Below are positions 1-15,206 of a stretch of DNA of 64,000 bases, piece by piece. Position 1 is the stretch's first letter, and every line of letters starts with the position of its first letter. This stretch comes from the human T2T-CHM13v2.0 reference genome, Homo sapiens, in the NCBI RefSeq assembly GCF_009914755.1, contig NC_060936.1. The stretch is one strand, 5' to 3'. The notes below the pieces were generated by a model. That model worked only from the letters and a program-made list of their open reading frames with translations. It was not told the origin of the DNA and made no database searches. The translations under genes and the position numbers were made by a program.

Positions 1-999
1 TAAGGAACTTATCTTTTATAAATAAATTCATGGTAGAGATAACTTGAAAAATTGCTATCAATAAAACCTCTGAATATATGCAATTGTCCAAGACTCCAAA
101 GTATGCTGTGTCATAGGGGGTTTTACTCATCTGATCATATGTGGTTTTAGCTAAGTTTGTATTTATAGACATAAAGCTCTTCCTTCATAATTATGTGGAA
201 GAAAGCTGTGTCTCTGTTGTCATGTCAGCAAAGAAGGAAGAATCACTAACAGAGAAACCATAATGAACTATTATGTAAAAGAAAATCCAGATAATATAAT
301 ATGTTAATATATTAACATGCCTGCCATGAATCTGCCAAAATAATGTCAAAATGCTTTCAAGTACATTATTAAATTGAATGATATAGTATGAATGTTAGTA
401 TCTTCACTGTTGAGTAAATTATCAAAGACCCAGATTGAAGTAATTGATCAAGTCAAGCTTAATCTCTTATTAATCCTATCCTGTGTGATTTCATATATCA
501 TATTTCTATAAATAAATAAGAAAAGTGGCATTTTTAATTGCCAAAATATTTAACAATTCACTTTGGTCAAAAATATAATCTAAAAACCAAAACATGAAAG
601 ATATGACATATGACTTAATTGACTTTTGCCAAGAATCAATGTAATATATGTAATAACATACATTTTATGTATGATTAAAATAATACATGCACAAAATGTC
701 ATGCAGATGAAGAGTCTTATCACTCTTCTCAGAAGGCTCAGAAAAGTTTAATTTTAGTATCCCTTTTTCTCTCCCTTTCCATTCTGGGACACTGCTTCGT
801 TTTATTAATAACTTTATTTTCTAGTATTTTAGCTTCTACAGGTCAACATCATAGAGGTCATTTTATTCCTGAAATAAGGATTTGCTTCAAAAACAAAAAA
901 GGACTAGAAGACTAAATAACTAGCAGCAGAAATTCTCACTTTGCAGGACATGATTGTCAGCATTGATACATGGTCTTCATCTCTCAAATTATATAATTT

Positions 1000-2522
1000 A
1001 TGTATTAATATGTTTGACCCCTTCAAATCTCATGTTGAAATTTGATCCCCAGTGTTGGGAGGTAGGGCCTAATGAGAGGTGTTTAGATCATAGGAGTGGA
1101 TCCCTCATGAATGGCCTGTTGCCGCCCTCACAGCAATGAGTGAGTTCTTGCTCTGTTAGTTCCAGCGATACCTGGTTGTTTAACAGAGTTTGGTACCTCC
1201 CTCCCCTCTTGCCCTGCTCTCTTGCCATGTGATCCCTGCAAAAGCTGGCTCCCCTTCACCTTCCACCATGAGTGGAAGCAGCCTGTGGCCTTCACCAGAA
1301 GCAGGTGCTGGAGCCATGCTTTTTGTACAGACTGCAGAACACTGAGCCAAATAAATCTTTTTTTTTAATTTTAATTTTAATTTTACTTTAAGTTCCGGGA
1401 TACATGTGCAGAATGTGCAGGTTTGTTATGTAGGTACACATGTGGCATGGTGGTTTGCTGCACCTATCAACCCGTCATCTGGGTTTTAAATTCTGCATGC
1501 ATTAGGTATTTGTCCTAATGCTCTCCCTCCCCTTTCCCCCTACCCCTCTACAGGCCACTGCATGTGATGCTCCCCTCCCTGTGTCCATGTGTTCTCATTG
1601 TTCAACTCCGCTTATGAGTGAGAATATGCAGGGTTCGGTTTTCTGTTCCTGTGTTAGTTTGCTGAGAATGATGGCTTCCAGCTTCATCCATGTCCCTGCA
1701 AAGGACATGATCTCATTCTTTTTTATGGCTGCATAGTGTTCCATGGTGTACATGTGACACATGTTCTTTATCCAGTCTATCTTTGATGAGCTTTTGGGTT
1801 GTCTCCAAGTCTTTGCCATTGTTAATAGTGCTGCAATAAGCACTACTTATTGCATGTGTCTTTATAGTAGAATGATTCATAATCCTTTGGGGATACACCC
1901 AGTAATGGGATTGCTAGTCAAATGGTATTCTTGGTTCTAGATCCTTGAGGAATCACCACACTGTCTTCCACATTGGATGAACTAATTTACACTCTCACCA
2001 AAAGTGTAAAATTGTTCCTATTTCTCCACATCCACAACAGCATCCATTGTTTCCTGACTTTTTAATAATCGCCATTCTGACAGGACACAGTCATGGGCAA
2101 AGACTTCATGACTAAGACATCAAAAGCAATTTCAGCAAAAGCCAAAATTGACAAATGGGATCTGATTAAACTAAAGAGCTTCTGCCCAGCAAAAGAAACT
2201 AGCATTGGAGTAAACAGGCATCCCACAGATTGGGAGAAAAATTTTGCAATCTACCCATCTGACAAGGGGCTAATATCCAGAATCTACAAGGAACTTAAAC
2301 AAATTTACAAAAAAAAAATCCATCAAAAAGTAGACAAAGGATATAAACAGACCCTTCTCAAAAGAAGACATTTATATGGCTAATAAACATGAAAAAAAAC
2401 TCATCATCACTGATCATTAGAGAAATGCAAATCAAAACCACAATGTGATACCAAATAAACCTTCTATTTATAAATTACCCAGCTTTAGGTATTCCTTTAT
2501 AGCAACACAGATGAAATAAGGA
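1000..2522 (+). mobile_element. MST (MSTB-like) MaLR solo LTR, split by an L1 insertion
   Basis: MST-type motifs (aaatctcatgttgaaatttgatcccc... ctgcagaac..tgagccaaataaa). The LTR resumes at 2451 with ccaaataaaccttc..ataaattacccagc..ggtattcctttatagcaacaca. Confidence 0.85.
1357..2453 (-). mobile_element. 5'-truncated, 5'-inverted L1PA (L1PA7/8-like)
   Basis: Poly-T plus 3'UTR and ORF2 end on the minus strand at 1357-2080, then a plus-strand ORF2 piece at 2081-2453 (MGKDFMTKT...). TSD ccaaataaa(t/c)ctt at 1347-1359 and 2451-2463. Confidence 0.92.
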
Positions 2523-2921
2523 TGTTACCTACCTCTAGTTGGCTTTTTATGGTCTTCAGAAAATATTGTGTGACAGTTCTTTAAAATCATGGTTACATTT
2601 ACTTGTGTATTAAATTTATATGAGATCTCCTCACAAGTAACCAAAAACACCTTCTTCCCGAACAGTTGCTGCTCAAGTTATTTAAGTTTTCCTATGAAAT
2701 GACTAACGGTAATGAAAACCTTCATATCCAGCTTGTTCTTACCATTCCCCCATTACCACAGTCTTGCTGAGAATTTTTGGTTTTGAACGTCATTGTTTGA
2801 ATCTTCAAAGCTTATCCCAGTCATTTGTTGGATCACAGTAAGTGCTCAGTACCCCTTATTTAACTGAAACAACTGGGGAAAAAAAGACTATCTTCTGCTT
2901 CTCTTAAAACTACTACTACTT

Positions 2922-3345
<424 letters not shown>

Positions 3346-3775
3346 TTACAACAAAGATCTTTCATTCTCACTTTGCTTTCTCTTGCTAGATTTTGTTTTG
3401 TTGATAAAGACTATCTGCCATTTCATAGTGATGACCTGAAGAAAATGCTATTGTAGCTACTGAAATATATTTGTGATTTTTTTTTTAATTTTCAGTTTTT
3501 AAAGCATCAAGTGAGTTATATGTTTAAAAGATTAAAGCATATGAACATGTCACATTAAGTTGTCAAGACACTGAAAAACTTTAGCCCTTGAGGAGTAATT
3601 ACTGTCATACATCAGAATAAAATGCTCATGTGTCTTTAGTCAGATACTTAACATATTCAAATAACACCTTATAATTTGCACTAAAACTCAGGAACAGTAA
3701 CATTGAATTATTCTGATATTTTTAAATCATGGACAATCTCAGATTAAGATACTCTGTCCAGAGAGGTCAGGCCTC

Positions 3776-3776
<1 letters not shown>

Positions 3777-3810
<34 letters not shown>
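3777..3810. repeat. (AC)17 microsatellite
   Basis: Read directly. Confidence 0.97.
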
Positions 3811-3815
<5 letters not shown>

Positions 3816-4235
3816 AACATAATTTGTGGTTTCTTTCAGTTAAAAATCATTCAGAAAATTTCCTCTAATACTTCCTCCCACACCTAAGAGTAATGACTAT
3901 TTACTACTCCCCATTACTAAAAAAAATATGAAGTATTTCATTGAGGTGCAGTTTCCATTTATAATATTTGAAATAAAATTAACCTTAGATGCCAGTGACC
4001 TTGAATCTACCTCTTCTTAGTAAAACTTGGTAGGTATATTAACATGTGCTTAAACCTCAGCAATAAAATATGCTCACATGGCCATGCAAGCGAGTGCTTT
4101 CTGCAAAACTTTGTACATAATAATATAAAAAGTTATAACGTTAGCAGTTCAGAATTTGAAAGAGAAAAAACGGAGGATCAAAGCATTTAAAAAGAAATAG
4201 TACAAAAATTACCTAAACAAGAGCAGCAAAAGTGA

Positions 4236-5352
<1,117 letters not shown>

Positions 5353-5521
5353 ACATTTAAATTCTCATTCTGATTTTTAAAATATTGGATGTCTGTGATC
5401 TAGGTGATCTGAAATGTCTTCTAGCATTTAACTATAATGAATAATTCAGTTTATGCTCCTGAATTAAAGATTAATTAGTTATATACCTTACACTAGGCCA
5501 GAGGTATTAATCCTATATTAC

Positions 5522-6036
5522 TGTTTCAGTTATCTAGTGCTGAGTGACAAACCAATCCCAAATCTTAGTGGAATAAATGAATAACTTTATTAAACTCCAG
5601 ACTTCATGGGTCAGGAATATAGACAGAGTTCTCTCTAATCTGCAATGTCCGAGGCCTCAGCTGGAAAGACTGAAAAACTGAGGACTGGAATTATCTAGAG
5701 GAGCCTTCACGTGCATGCCTGGAAGCAGATCCTGTCTCTTCCCTGGGATCTCAGCTGAGGTTGACAATCAGAGTTGCATGCACCCTCTCCATGTGGTTGG
5801 GGTTTCATCACAGCATGGTGACTGAGTTCTATAGCAAGCACCTCAAGATGACCAAGCAGAAGTGATATCATCTTTAATGACCTCCCCTTAGTCACTTTTA
5901 CTATAGCTATAGTTCCACTTAGATTCACAGGATGACATCAGCCCCATCTTTCATGGAGGAACTGTCAAAGTCATACTGGAAGAAGATCATGTGGGAAGAA
6001 ATACTACATTGCAACTATATTGGAAAATACACTCTG
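5522..6036 (-). mobile_element. MLT1 (MLT1H-like) MaLR LTR
   Basis: Diverged MLT1 motifs (ggcctcagctggaaagact, cctctccatgtgg...cacagcatggtg, ggaaaataca terminus). Confidence 0.7.
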
Positions 6037-6254
6037 TATTATTAACTAAGAAGGGGAGGGAAGCAAGCAGTGATCTTTGGGGTAGTTTTTCAAAGTAGTT
6101 GAATGTAAGCAAAATGAACATTTATTAGGTTGTATATTCTTTAAGATTATTTGTTTGTTTGATTATTTGTTTGTTTGTTTAATCTGAGTTGAAGCCACAG
6201 TGAGCTTTAGAGATCAGACTAAAACAAAACAAATGAATCTATGTCAAACTTGAG

Positions 6255-6490
6255 AGGCAATGCCAGATAGTGGTCCAGGGCATGGATTCTGACACCAGAT
6301 GACTGAGTTACAGTCCTGGCATCAACACTCACTAGCTATGTGACTGCAGGCAAGTTACCCTCTCTATGCCTCAGTTTCTACCTCTAAAGGGTTATGATAA
6401 TGTCTGTTAACTTGTTGGGGGATACAGTAAATTAATATTTGTGAATACTTAGAACAGTGCCTAAAACATAAGCATTATAATGAGGTAAAT
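6255..6490 (+). mobile_element. MIR SINE
   Basis: actagctatgtgac...ggcaagtta...tgcctcagtttc core, cttagaacagtgcct. Confidence 0.75.
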
Positions 6491-7593
6491 AAAAACATTA
6501 TAGCAACACCTCTAAACCCAAGCAACATAAAAATCTGAAATACTGGTTTTATTTTTAACCTCATGACACTTGCCATTTATTTTCTCTGTGCAAATCACTT
6601 TCCAGAAGTGCAAACTAGGCATCTTGATCTGGCAAAGGTGTCATCAGTAGAAAATTCTACAGAGACCTCCCCAAATAAGATATATTGTAGCTAATGAGTT
6701 AGCTAAAACACTTCCAGGGGAAAAAAAAAAGCACAGAAACAGTTAAACAGAGCACAGTTATATCTAGCCTGATTCTCTGATAAAGTTCATAAGTATGCAT
6801 GCGGAAGTAAGAAGATCATCTATTTATTCTCCTCTAAGGTAGTGACAAGAATTTCTCTACTGGTGAATTTGCAATTAAAATATTCTCTATCCCAGGCACA
6901 AATATTGAGCTTTATCTGCTGTCTGCACTCTGTCCATTACATAAACCTTGTGGAAATAAATGACATTCCCTTGTGCCACTATTCCTACCACATAAACTGT
7001 CATTTTAAATGGCAAGAGATTAAGAAACCTCTGAATACTGAGTTTTCTGATATTTTCAGAGTAAGTAAGTTGCAGTGAGAAAAATTAACTTCCTCTATCA
7101 AAGGAATGTTATCAGTAATCCTGCCTAAATTGAGAGCAAGGCCATCCATGGAGCTACACACAATCATTACATAATATGTTTAGAACTCAAAATCCGGCCA
7201 ATTAATATTTGGCGTAAACATTTATTGTCAAAGGAAAAGGATGGAATATCATCTAAAAATGAAACTGAGGCATAGTCATAAGAGGGAGAGGAATAATTTT
7301 TGACACCTTGTTGCTTATGGATTCCAACATGCAACTGCAATCAAAAGGATAGTATTTTCTTAAAAATATACACTCTCTCAAAAATGAGTCATTCCTTTAA
7401 GAAATAAATACATGCTAGGGTTTATAATGTGAACGCGTAGTCACTGTGAATATAATAGTAAACAAAAACTTATGTGTTCTCTACCCTCTTAGAGTGCACA
7501 GTCTAGTGAGAGAGAGATTAGATAAGTAAATCATCCCATAAACAGAAAAAACTGGAGATTTGGTAAATATTGCAAAGTAGATTTAATGGGGAG

Positions 7594-9885
7594 TAGTATG
7601 GTTTGGCTTTGTTCCCACCCAAATCTCATCTTGAATTATAGTTCCCATATTCCTCACATGTCATGAGAGGGACATGATGGAAGGTAATTTAATCATGGGG
7701 GTTGTTACTCTCATGCTGTTCTTGTGATAGTGAATGAGTTCTCATGAGATCCAATGGTTTTATAAGGGGCTTTTCCCCCTTTGCTTGGCACTTCCCTCTC
7801 CTGCCACCATGTGAAGAAGGACATATTTGCTTCCCCTTCCACCATGATTGCAAGTTTCCTGAGGCCTCTCCAGCCATTCTGAACTGTGAGTCAATTAAAC
7901 CTCTTTCCTTTATAAATTACCCAGTCAGGGGTATTTCTTCATAGCAGCATGAAAATGGACTAATCCAGTAAATTGTTACTGTGCAGTGGGGCACTGCTGT
8001 AAAAATACCCGAAAATGTGGAAGCGACTTTGGAACTGGGTAATAAGCAGATGTTGAAACAGTTGGGAGGGCTCAGAAGGAGACAGGAAAATGTGGGAAAG
8101 TTTGGAACTTACTAGAGACTTGTTGAATGACTTTCACCAAAATGCTGATACTGATATGGACAATGAAGTACAGGCAGAGGTAGTCTCAGATGGAGATGAG
8201 GAAATTCTTGGGAACTGGAGTTCTCAACAAGATGACTCTTGTCACCTTGTGACTCCTGTTACAAGGTGACTCTAGCAACGCAAACAGACTGGCAGCATTT
8301 TGCCCCTGACCCAGAGATGTGTCGAATTTTGAACTTGAGAGAGATGATTTAGGGTATCTGGAGGAAGAAATTTCTAAGAGGCGAAGTGTTCATGAGGAAG
8401 CAGAGCATAAAAGTTTGAAGAATGTGCAGCCTGATGATGCAGTAGAAAATAAAAACTCATTTTCTGGGAAGAAATTCAAGCAGGCTGCAGAAATTTGCAT
8501 AAGTAATGAGGAGCAAAATGATAATCACCAAGACAATGAGAAAAATGTCTCCAGGGCATATCAGAGACCTTCACAGCAGCCCCTCTCATCACAAACCTGG
8601 AAGCCTAGGAGGAAAAAATGATTTCCTTGGCTGGGTCCAGGGCACCCCTGCTGTGTGCAGTCTAGAGATTGTTGTCCTGCATCCCAACCATGGCTAAAAA
8701 GGGTCAAGGTACGGCTCAGGCTATTGCTTCAGAGGGTTCAAGCCTTGGCAGCTTACACATGGTGTTGGGCCTTGAGTGCATAGAAGTCAAGAATTGAGTT
8801 TTGGGAACCTCCACCTAGATTTCAGAGGATAAATGGAAACTCCTGGATGTCAAAGCAGAAATTTGCTGCAGGGGTGGAGTCCTCATGGAGAACCTCTGTG
8901 AGGGCAGTGTGGAAGGAAAAGGTGGGGTCAGACCCCCCCACAGAGACACCACGGGGGCACTGCCTAATGGAGCTGTAAGAAGAGGGCCACTGTCCTCCAG
9001 ATCGCAGAATGGTAGATCCACTGATATCTTGCACCGTGCACCTGGAGAAGCTATAGACAGTCAACAGCAGCCCATGAAAGCAGCTGGGAGGGGGCTGTAC
9101 CCTGCAAAGCCACAGGGGCAGAGCTACCCAAGACCTTGGGAGCTTTCCTCTTGTATCAGCGTGACCTGGATCTGAGATCTCATAGGAGATCATTCTGGAG
9201 CTTTAAGGTTTAATGACTGCCCTGTTGAATTTCAGACTTGTATGGGACCTGTAGCCCCTTTGTTTTGGCCAACTTCTCCCACTTGGAATGGATGTATTTA
9301 TCCAATGCCTGTACCCCCATAGTATCTAGGAAGTAACTAACTTCCTTTCAATTTTACAGGCTCATGGGTGGAAGGGATTTGCCTTGTCTAGGATGAGATG
9401 TTGAACTTAGATTTTTGAGTTAATGGGTTAAGACTTTGGGGGACTGTTGGAAGGGCATGATTCTGTTTTGAAATGGGAAGACATGAGATTTGGTAGGGTC
9501 CAGAGGCAAAATGACATGATTTGGCTGTGTTCCCACTCAAATCTCATCTTGAATTATATTTCCATAATCCCTGCATGTTGTCGAAGGGACCCAGTGGGAG
9601 GTAATTTAATCATGGGGACAGTTACCCTCCTGCTGTTCTTGTGATACTGAGTGAGTTCTCATGAGATCAGATTGTTTTATAAAGGGCTTTTCTATTTTTG
9701 CTGAGCACTTCTCTTTCCTGCCACCATGTGAAGAAGGACGTGTTTGCTTCCTTTTCTGCCATGATTGCAAGATTTCTGAGGCCTCCCCAGCCATGCTGAA
9801 CTGTTAGCCAATTAAACCTCTTTGCTTTATAAATTACTCAGTCTCAGGTATGTCTTTATTAGCAGTGTGAGAACAGCCTAATACA
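7594..9885 (+). mobile_element. Full-length THE1 (THE1D-like) MaLR: 5' LTR 7594-7967, internal 7968-9511, 3' LTR 9512-9885
   Basis: Two direct LTRs (atg.tttggct.tgttcccac.caaatctcatcttgaatt ... taat(a/c)ca), THE1-int sequence between them, 5-bp TSD GGGAG at 7589-7593 and 9886-9890. It sits inside an L2 remnant. Confidence 0.95.
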
Positions 9886-11039
9886 GGGAGATCTGCTCTA
9901 GTGAGGGATGTCAGGGTATTAAGTAAAAATTAACTTGATAAAGAGGTTATGGGCAGCTGCACTGCCCCAGCAGAATGAAGGGCATAATCAAAACCTTCAA
10001 AAATGGAGGGGATTAGAGGTGTTGAGAAACTGAGATTGTGTATTCAGTTACTAGAAGGAGTGACACGTGGGGCTGACGGAGTGTCACAGGGGCAGGGAGG
10101 CACCAGATCATGCAGTTAGTTGTTATTTCTACAATTTCCACACTGTAACTAAATATTTCTTTGATTGATGGTAAACTTTGCAGTGCCCTTGAAACAGTAT
10201 TTCCCCCAAATCTGAAGTCCATGTTAAGGACTTTTTCCTTATCCTGAAAACAGTTATAATAAAAGCCATTAACGTGTCTTAAACCAAAGACATTACATGT
10301 TCAAAAATTGTATGTTCAGGCTTGGGTTTTGAAAATTCTCCCGGGCCATCAGGAAGCAAGGAACCAGAGTAGATACAATTTAAACTAGTATTTGGGCAGA
10401 CGAGATGGAGAGAGATAGACTCAGAATTATGTCTTTCTCTAACATTTGCTTTTATGCACTTGGGTACCAACTAAAGTCAAAGTCATTGCAAACTCTGTCA
10501 TGCCCCTCATTTTAAATACTCCATGGCCTCCTAAAGAGCTAACAGATCTATCTCTTTGTTCATGCCTTCATTATCGATGGCATGAATTGCCATGAATTTC
10601 TTCTAATTTTATTTCTTCAGCCAACGATCAGCCTGGGGAAGGAAGTGGGGTTTGCAAGCCAGTTAAAGAGTTCTCCAAATGACTTGAGCTTTCTATGGTG
10701 GTAGCAGCCTTTCCACTAATAATTCTAGATCTGTGCTAATGTAATTAATCCAGACTAATAGAAGGAAATAGGGAAATAATGGAGAAAAATAAATAGTGAA
10801 GAGATGAGAAGCCAAGCATGTTCTAGGTCAAGAGTGGACAGACATGAAGGTGTTTGGAGCTTTGAAAGGAAAATAAATTTACTAGTCAGAACCCTTTGGA
10901 GTCCAACAAATTGTAACACAACTCAGCCTGGCTTATATAATAAAAAAACCCATAACTAAATCAACTTTAGACCTGGCTCTATCAAGCTTGTCAAGCTATA
11001 TCTTTAAGAAATTATGTATCCCTGACTCTTTCTTTTGTA

Positions 11040-11055
11040 CATATATGTATGTGTG

Positions 11056-11119
<64 letters not shown>
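11040..11119. repeat. Compound (TA)/(TG)/(CA)~22 microsatellite
   Basis: Read directly. Confidence 0.95.
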
Positions 11120-12592
11120 CTTTAATCTGAGTCGTTATTTCCCCACAAAGTGTCAAAAATGACCAACAGCAAATCAAGACTTGGATTTTATGATTTATTA
11201 ACTTCAGAGAAAAAGAGCATGTTTCTTTCCTGATGGTGCCATGCAAAATTCCTGAAGTTGATTGTCCTTGGATTGATACATATGTGTATTCTTGAATTAA
11301 TTACTATAAATCTGATTGACCATAGCTAGTCAGCACTACCTGCAATACATAAGTTAAAAGTGAATAGTGGACAATACATCAAATGTATTGAGGTGCTTTT
11401 ACCAGTAAAATAGGATCTAGAAAGTAAAAGCTAACTTGAGCCCAGTAAAAAACAGCATTAATAAATCAACTGATGGCAGAGCTAGAGCAGCTGTGTTCTT
11501 TTTTCTCCCCTTCTGTTGCAAGTAGAAAGGTAACCTGATAGTTTTTCAGGTAGAGTCAAGAGTCACAGAAATTAAATGGATGACAAACTAATCTCCTTCT
11601 CTTTATCTATCTAGGAAATCCTCTCTTCATTCAGACCTATATTATAAAACAAAGATTGGTCATATCACTTCTATACTTAACATGTTCTAATGACATGTAA
11701 GTCCCCTTACGATCAAATCTCAACGTGACCCTAGCCCAAACTCTTTTCTACCAGAAAAATGCAGACAACTTTTACGTTTCAAATGGATGCCATTTCACAA
11801 TTGTGTACCACACTATTCCGCTTATCTGAATTGCCCTTTCCTTTTTACTACTTGGCTAGTCAACATACAGATTCATTTTAGTATGTGCTAATTTCCCACT
11901 CCAAGGTAACTATATCTTACACAAGACTTGCAAGGAATTGATAGAGAAATGTTAGGAAACCTTCTAAGATTACTAAGGAGAGAATCTCTGTTTATAGTTA
12001 ACTTCTTCAAACTCTGTTGCTCCCTTCTCTTGGGAAATATCTTTGGGTCTAATCAGATAACTCCAAGCCAACAGATAGTGGAACACAAAAGGACCTTGTT
12101 ACCTAGTTTATCAAGCCCTTTACAAATACCTAGACCCTATTTACCTCCCATCAAATGAAAAAAATAGGCAAAAGAAATACTAATTTGACTAGGCTTTCCC
12201 CTGTCAAGAGTGAGCAGTAATAACATCTGGTCTGCAATTCATTTATACTTCTCTTTACCCATCCTAGCAACTTAAAACCTCCTTTTATCTTTATTACTAG
12301 CAATTGCCCCTTTTAGGAATATTCCTATAATCGTGATCATTCAGAAAGAATTCAGAGTTCCCTAACTACACAGAGCTCCCAATTCAGACTTCTGTAACAT
12401 AACTTATTTGTCCGGGTTTTGATTTTCTCTTTATTGATCTCCTCCATTGTACTGCATGTATTTGCAGATCAAAGGCCCCTTCTTTAATTCCTAGAACTCT
12501 GCAAAATTTATACTTAATAAATTGTTTACACAGATAAATGAACGAAAGCAGACATGGTGGATGGATGGACAGATTGATGTTATCACGGATAC

Positions 12593-13000
12593 TGTTGTTG
12601 CTCACCATGGCCCCCTTTACCAGCTATGCCACAGTGCTTCCATGCCATGTGGTTGAGAATCTTCACTCTAATAACAGTTCATAGCTACTCCTTCTCTTGA
12701 GAAATCCCCTTCTTTCCTTGTCTCACAATCTCAGACCCTGGCCAACGATGGACTAGAGGGGAATACAGAAGGCTGACTCTCTTGCTGTAGGTGGAAGTAA
12801 TTCTATGGTGCAATTTGTGCTGCAGACTATTCCTCACGTATCAGACTTAAGCCAGTCTCCAGGTGAGATCATACCTATGGTTATGTTTCCCCCTGCCTTA
12901 TCCTTTTTTTCTTATATCCCTTATGCTTAGAGCACTTCTGCAAGAAATCATTTGAACAAGAATTCCCTTGGGTCATATTCTCCTTCTAGACAACCTGTTC
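12593..13000 (+). mobile_element. LTR16-like ERVL solo LTR
   Basis: Diverged LTR16-type motifs (tggtgcaatttgtgct.cag, gagcactt....aa.aaatca.ttg.acaagaat.ccc). Confidence 0.55.
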
Positions 13001-13487
13001 TAATACAAATAAATAGATGAATGAACAAATTAACAGATGATTGATTGAACAGACGAAGCAGCACTTTTAAGAGAATATGTGAGTGTAAAAATTTATTAAT
13101 GGCAAGACTACTAGCAAGAATGTACCCTGAATACATCATCTGAACTTACAGCTAAAAGATCTGTGACAAAATTGGGGAGAAATCAGATGCAGACATAAAA
13201 CCGGCTGTACTTGAAGCTTGGCAATCAAGTCTAAAAATGGGGTTAGACCCAATGAACATATGTAATTAATTAAAAAGCATACAGGTGAGTAGGTCAGACT
13301 TAGACAGCACTTCAATAATAGATAAGAAGTATAGAACAGGACACAGAAGCTGATAGGATCCAAGTAGATGGCCTAAGTATCAGGTAGAAATCTGAAAAAT
13401 ATCTCAACCAGAGGAGAAAACAATTTAAATTATTCACACATGTTTTTCTGAGAGGAAGAACCAAAGCCAAAATACAGAGATGTCATT

Positions 13488-15206
13488 GATCATTCTGAAG
13501 GATACACCACATGTTAGGTGACAAGACAAGTCTAAAAACATTCAAAAAATTGAAATAATATCAAGCATCTTCTCTGACCACAGTGCAATAAGTCTAGAAA
13601 TCGCTAGTAAGAGGATTTTTGAAAACTATACAAATAATTAAATTAAACAATATGCTCCTGAATGATCAGTAGGTCAATGAAGAAATTAATGAGGAAATTG
13701 AAAAATTTCCTGAAACAAATGATAATGGAAACACAGCATACCAAAACCAATGAGATACACCAAAATCAAACTTATAGCTATAGTTTATAGCTATAAGTAC
13801 CTGTGTCAAAAAAAAAAAGAAAAACTTCAAATAAGCAATCTAACAATACATCTTAATGAACTAGAAAAGCAATAGCAAATCAAAGCCTAAATTATTAGAA
13901 AAAAAGAAATAATAAAGATCAAAGCAGAAATAATGAAGTTAAAGTGAAGAAAAAAACAATATAAAAGATCAATGAAGCCAAAAGTTGGTTTCTGGAAAAG
14001 TTAAAAAAATTTGACAAACCTTCAGCCACACTAAGAAAAAAAGAGAGATAATCCAAATAAATAAAATCAGAGATAAAAAAGGAGACATTACATCTGATAC
14101 CACAAAAATTCAAAGGATTATTACAGGCTACTTTGAGCAACTATATGTTAATAAATTGGAAAATCTAGAAGAAATGTACAAACTCCTAGACATATACAAC
14201 CTACCAAGATTAAACCATGAAGAAATCCAAAACCTAAAGAAATCAATAACAAGTAGTGAGACCAAAGCTGAAATAAAGTCTTCCAGTATAGAAAATTCTG
14301 GAACTCAATTGCTTCATGTTGAATTCTACCAAATATTTAAAGAACCAATACTAATACTACTTAAATTAACCTGTAAAATAGAGGAGGAAGGAATACTTCC
14401 AAACTCATTCTAAGATGCCAGTATTACCCTGATACCAAAACCAGACAGACACATTAAAAAAAACTACAGACCAATATCTATGTTGAATATTGATGCAAAA
14501 GTCCTCAAAAGGATACTAGCAAGCCAAGTTCAATAATACATTACAAAGGTCATTATGATCATGTGGGATTTATCCCTGTGATGCAAGGATGGCTCAAAAT
14601 ACACAAATCAATCAAAGTGAGATATCATACCAATAGAATGAAGGACAAAAATCATATGATCATTTCAATTGATGCTGAAAAGCATTTGGCAAAATTCAAC
14701 ATCACTTCATGCTCATAGGGAGAATATACCCTAATACAATAAAAGCCATATATGACAGACCCACAGCTAGTATCTTACTGAATGGAGAGAAACTGAAAGC
14801 CTTTCCTCTAAGATCTGGAACACAACGAGGATGCCCACTTTCACCACTATTATTCAACATAGTACTGAAAATCCTGACTAAAGCAATCAAACAAGAGAAA
14901 AAATCAAAAGCATCCAAATTGAAAAGAAAGAAGTCAAATTATCCTTGATTGCAGATGATATAATCTCATATTTGGAAAAACCTAGACTTCACAAGAAAAC
15001 TATTAGAACCGATAAATTTAGTAAGCTTGTAGGACACAAAATCAATATACAAAAATCAACAGCGTTTCTACATACCACCAGTGAACAATGTGAAAAATTT
15101 AAAAAGTAATCCCATTTACAATAGCCACACATAAAACTAAATGCCTAGGAATTAACCAAAGAAGTAAAAGATCTCTATAATGAAAACCATGAAACACTGA
15201 TGAAAC
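13488..15206 (+). mobile_element. Old L1 (L1MA/L1PB-type) ORF2 fragment
   Basis: ORF2 peptides in the ORF track ([16 protein letters not shown]; [17 protein letters not shown]), with many stops and frameshifts. Confidence 0.9.

Noticed and set aside
301-318. 18-bp palindrome atgttaatatattaacat (also actatagctatagt at 5900-5913)
   Set aside because: Short and AT/TA-centred; plausible by chance or slippage in this base composition.
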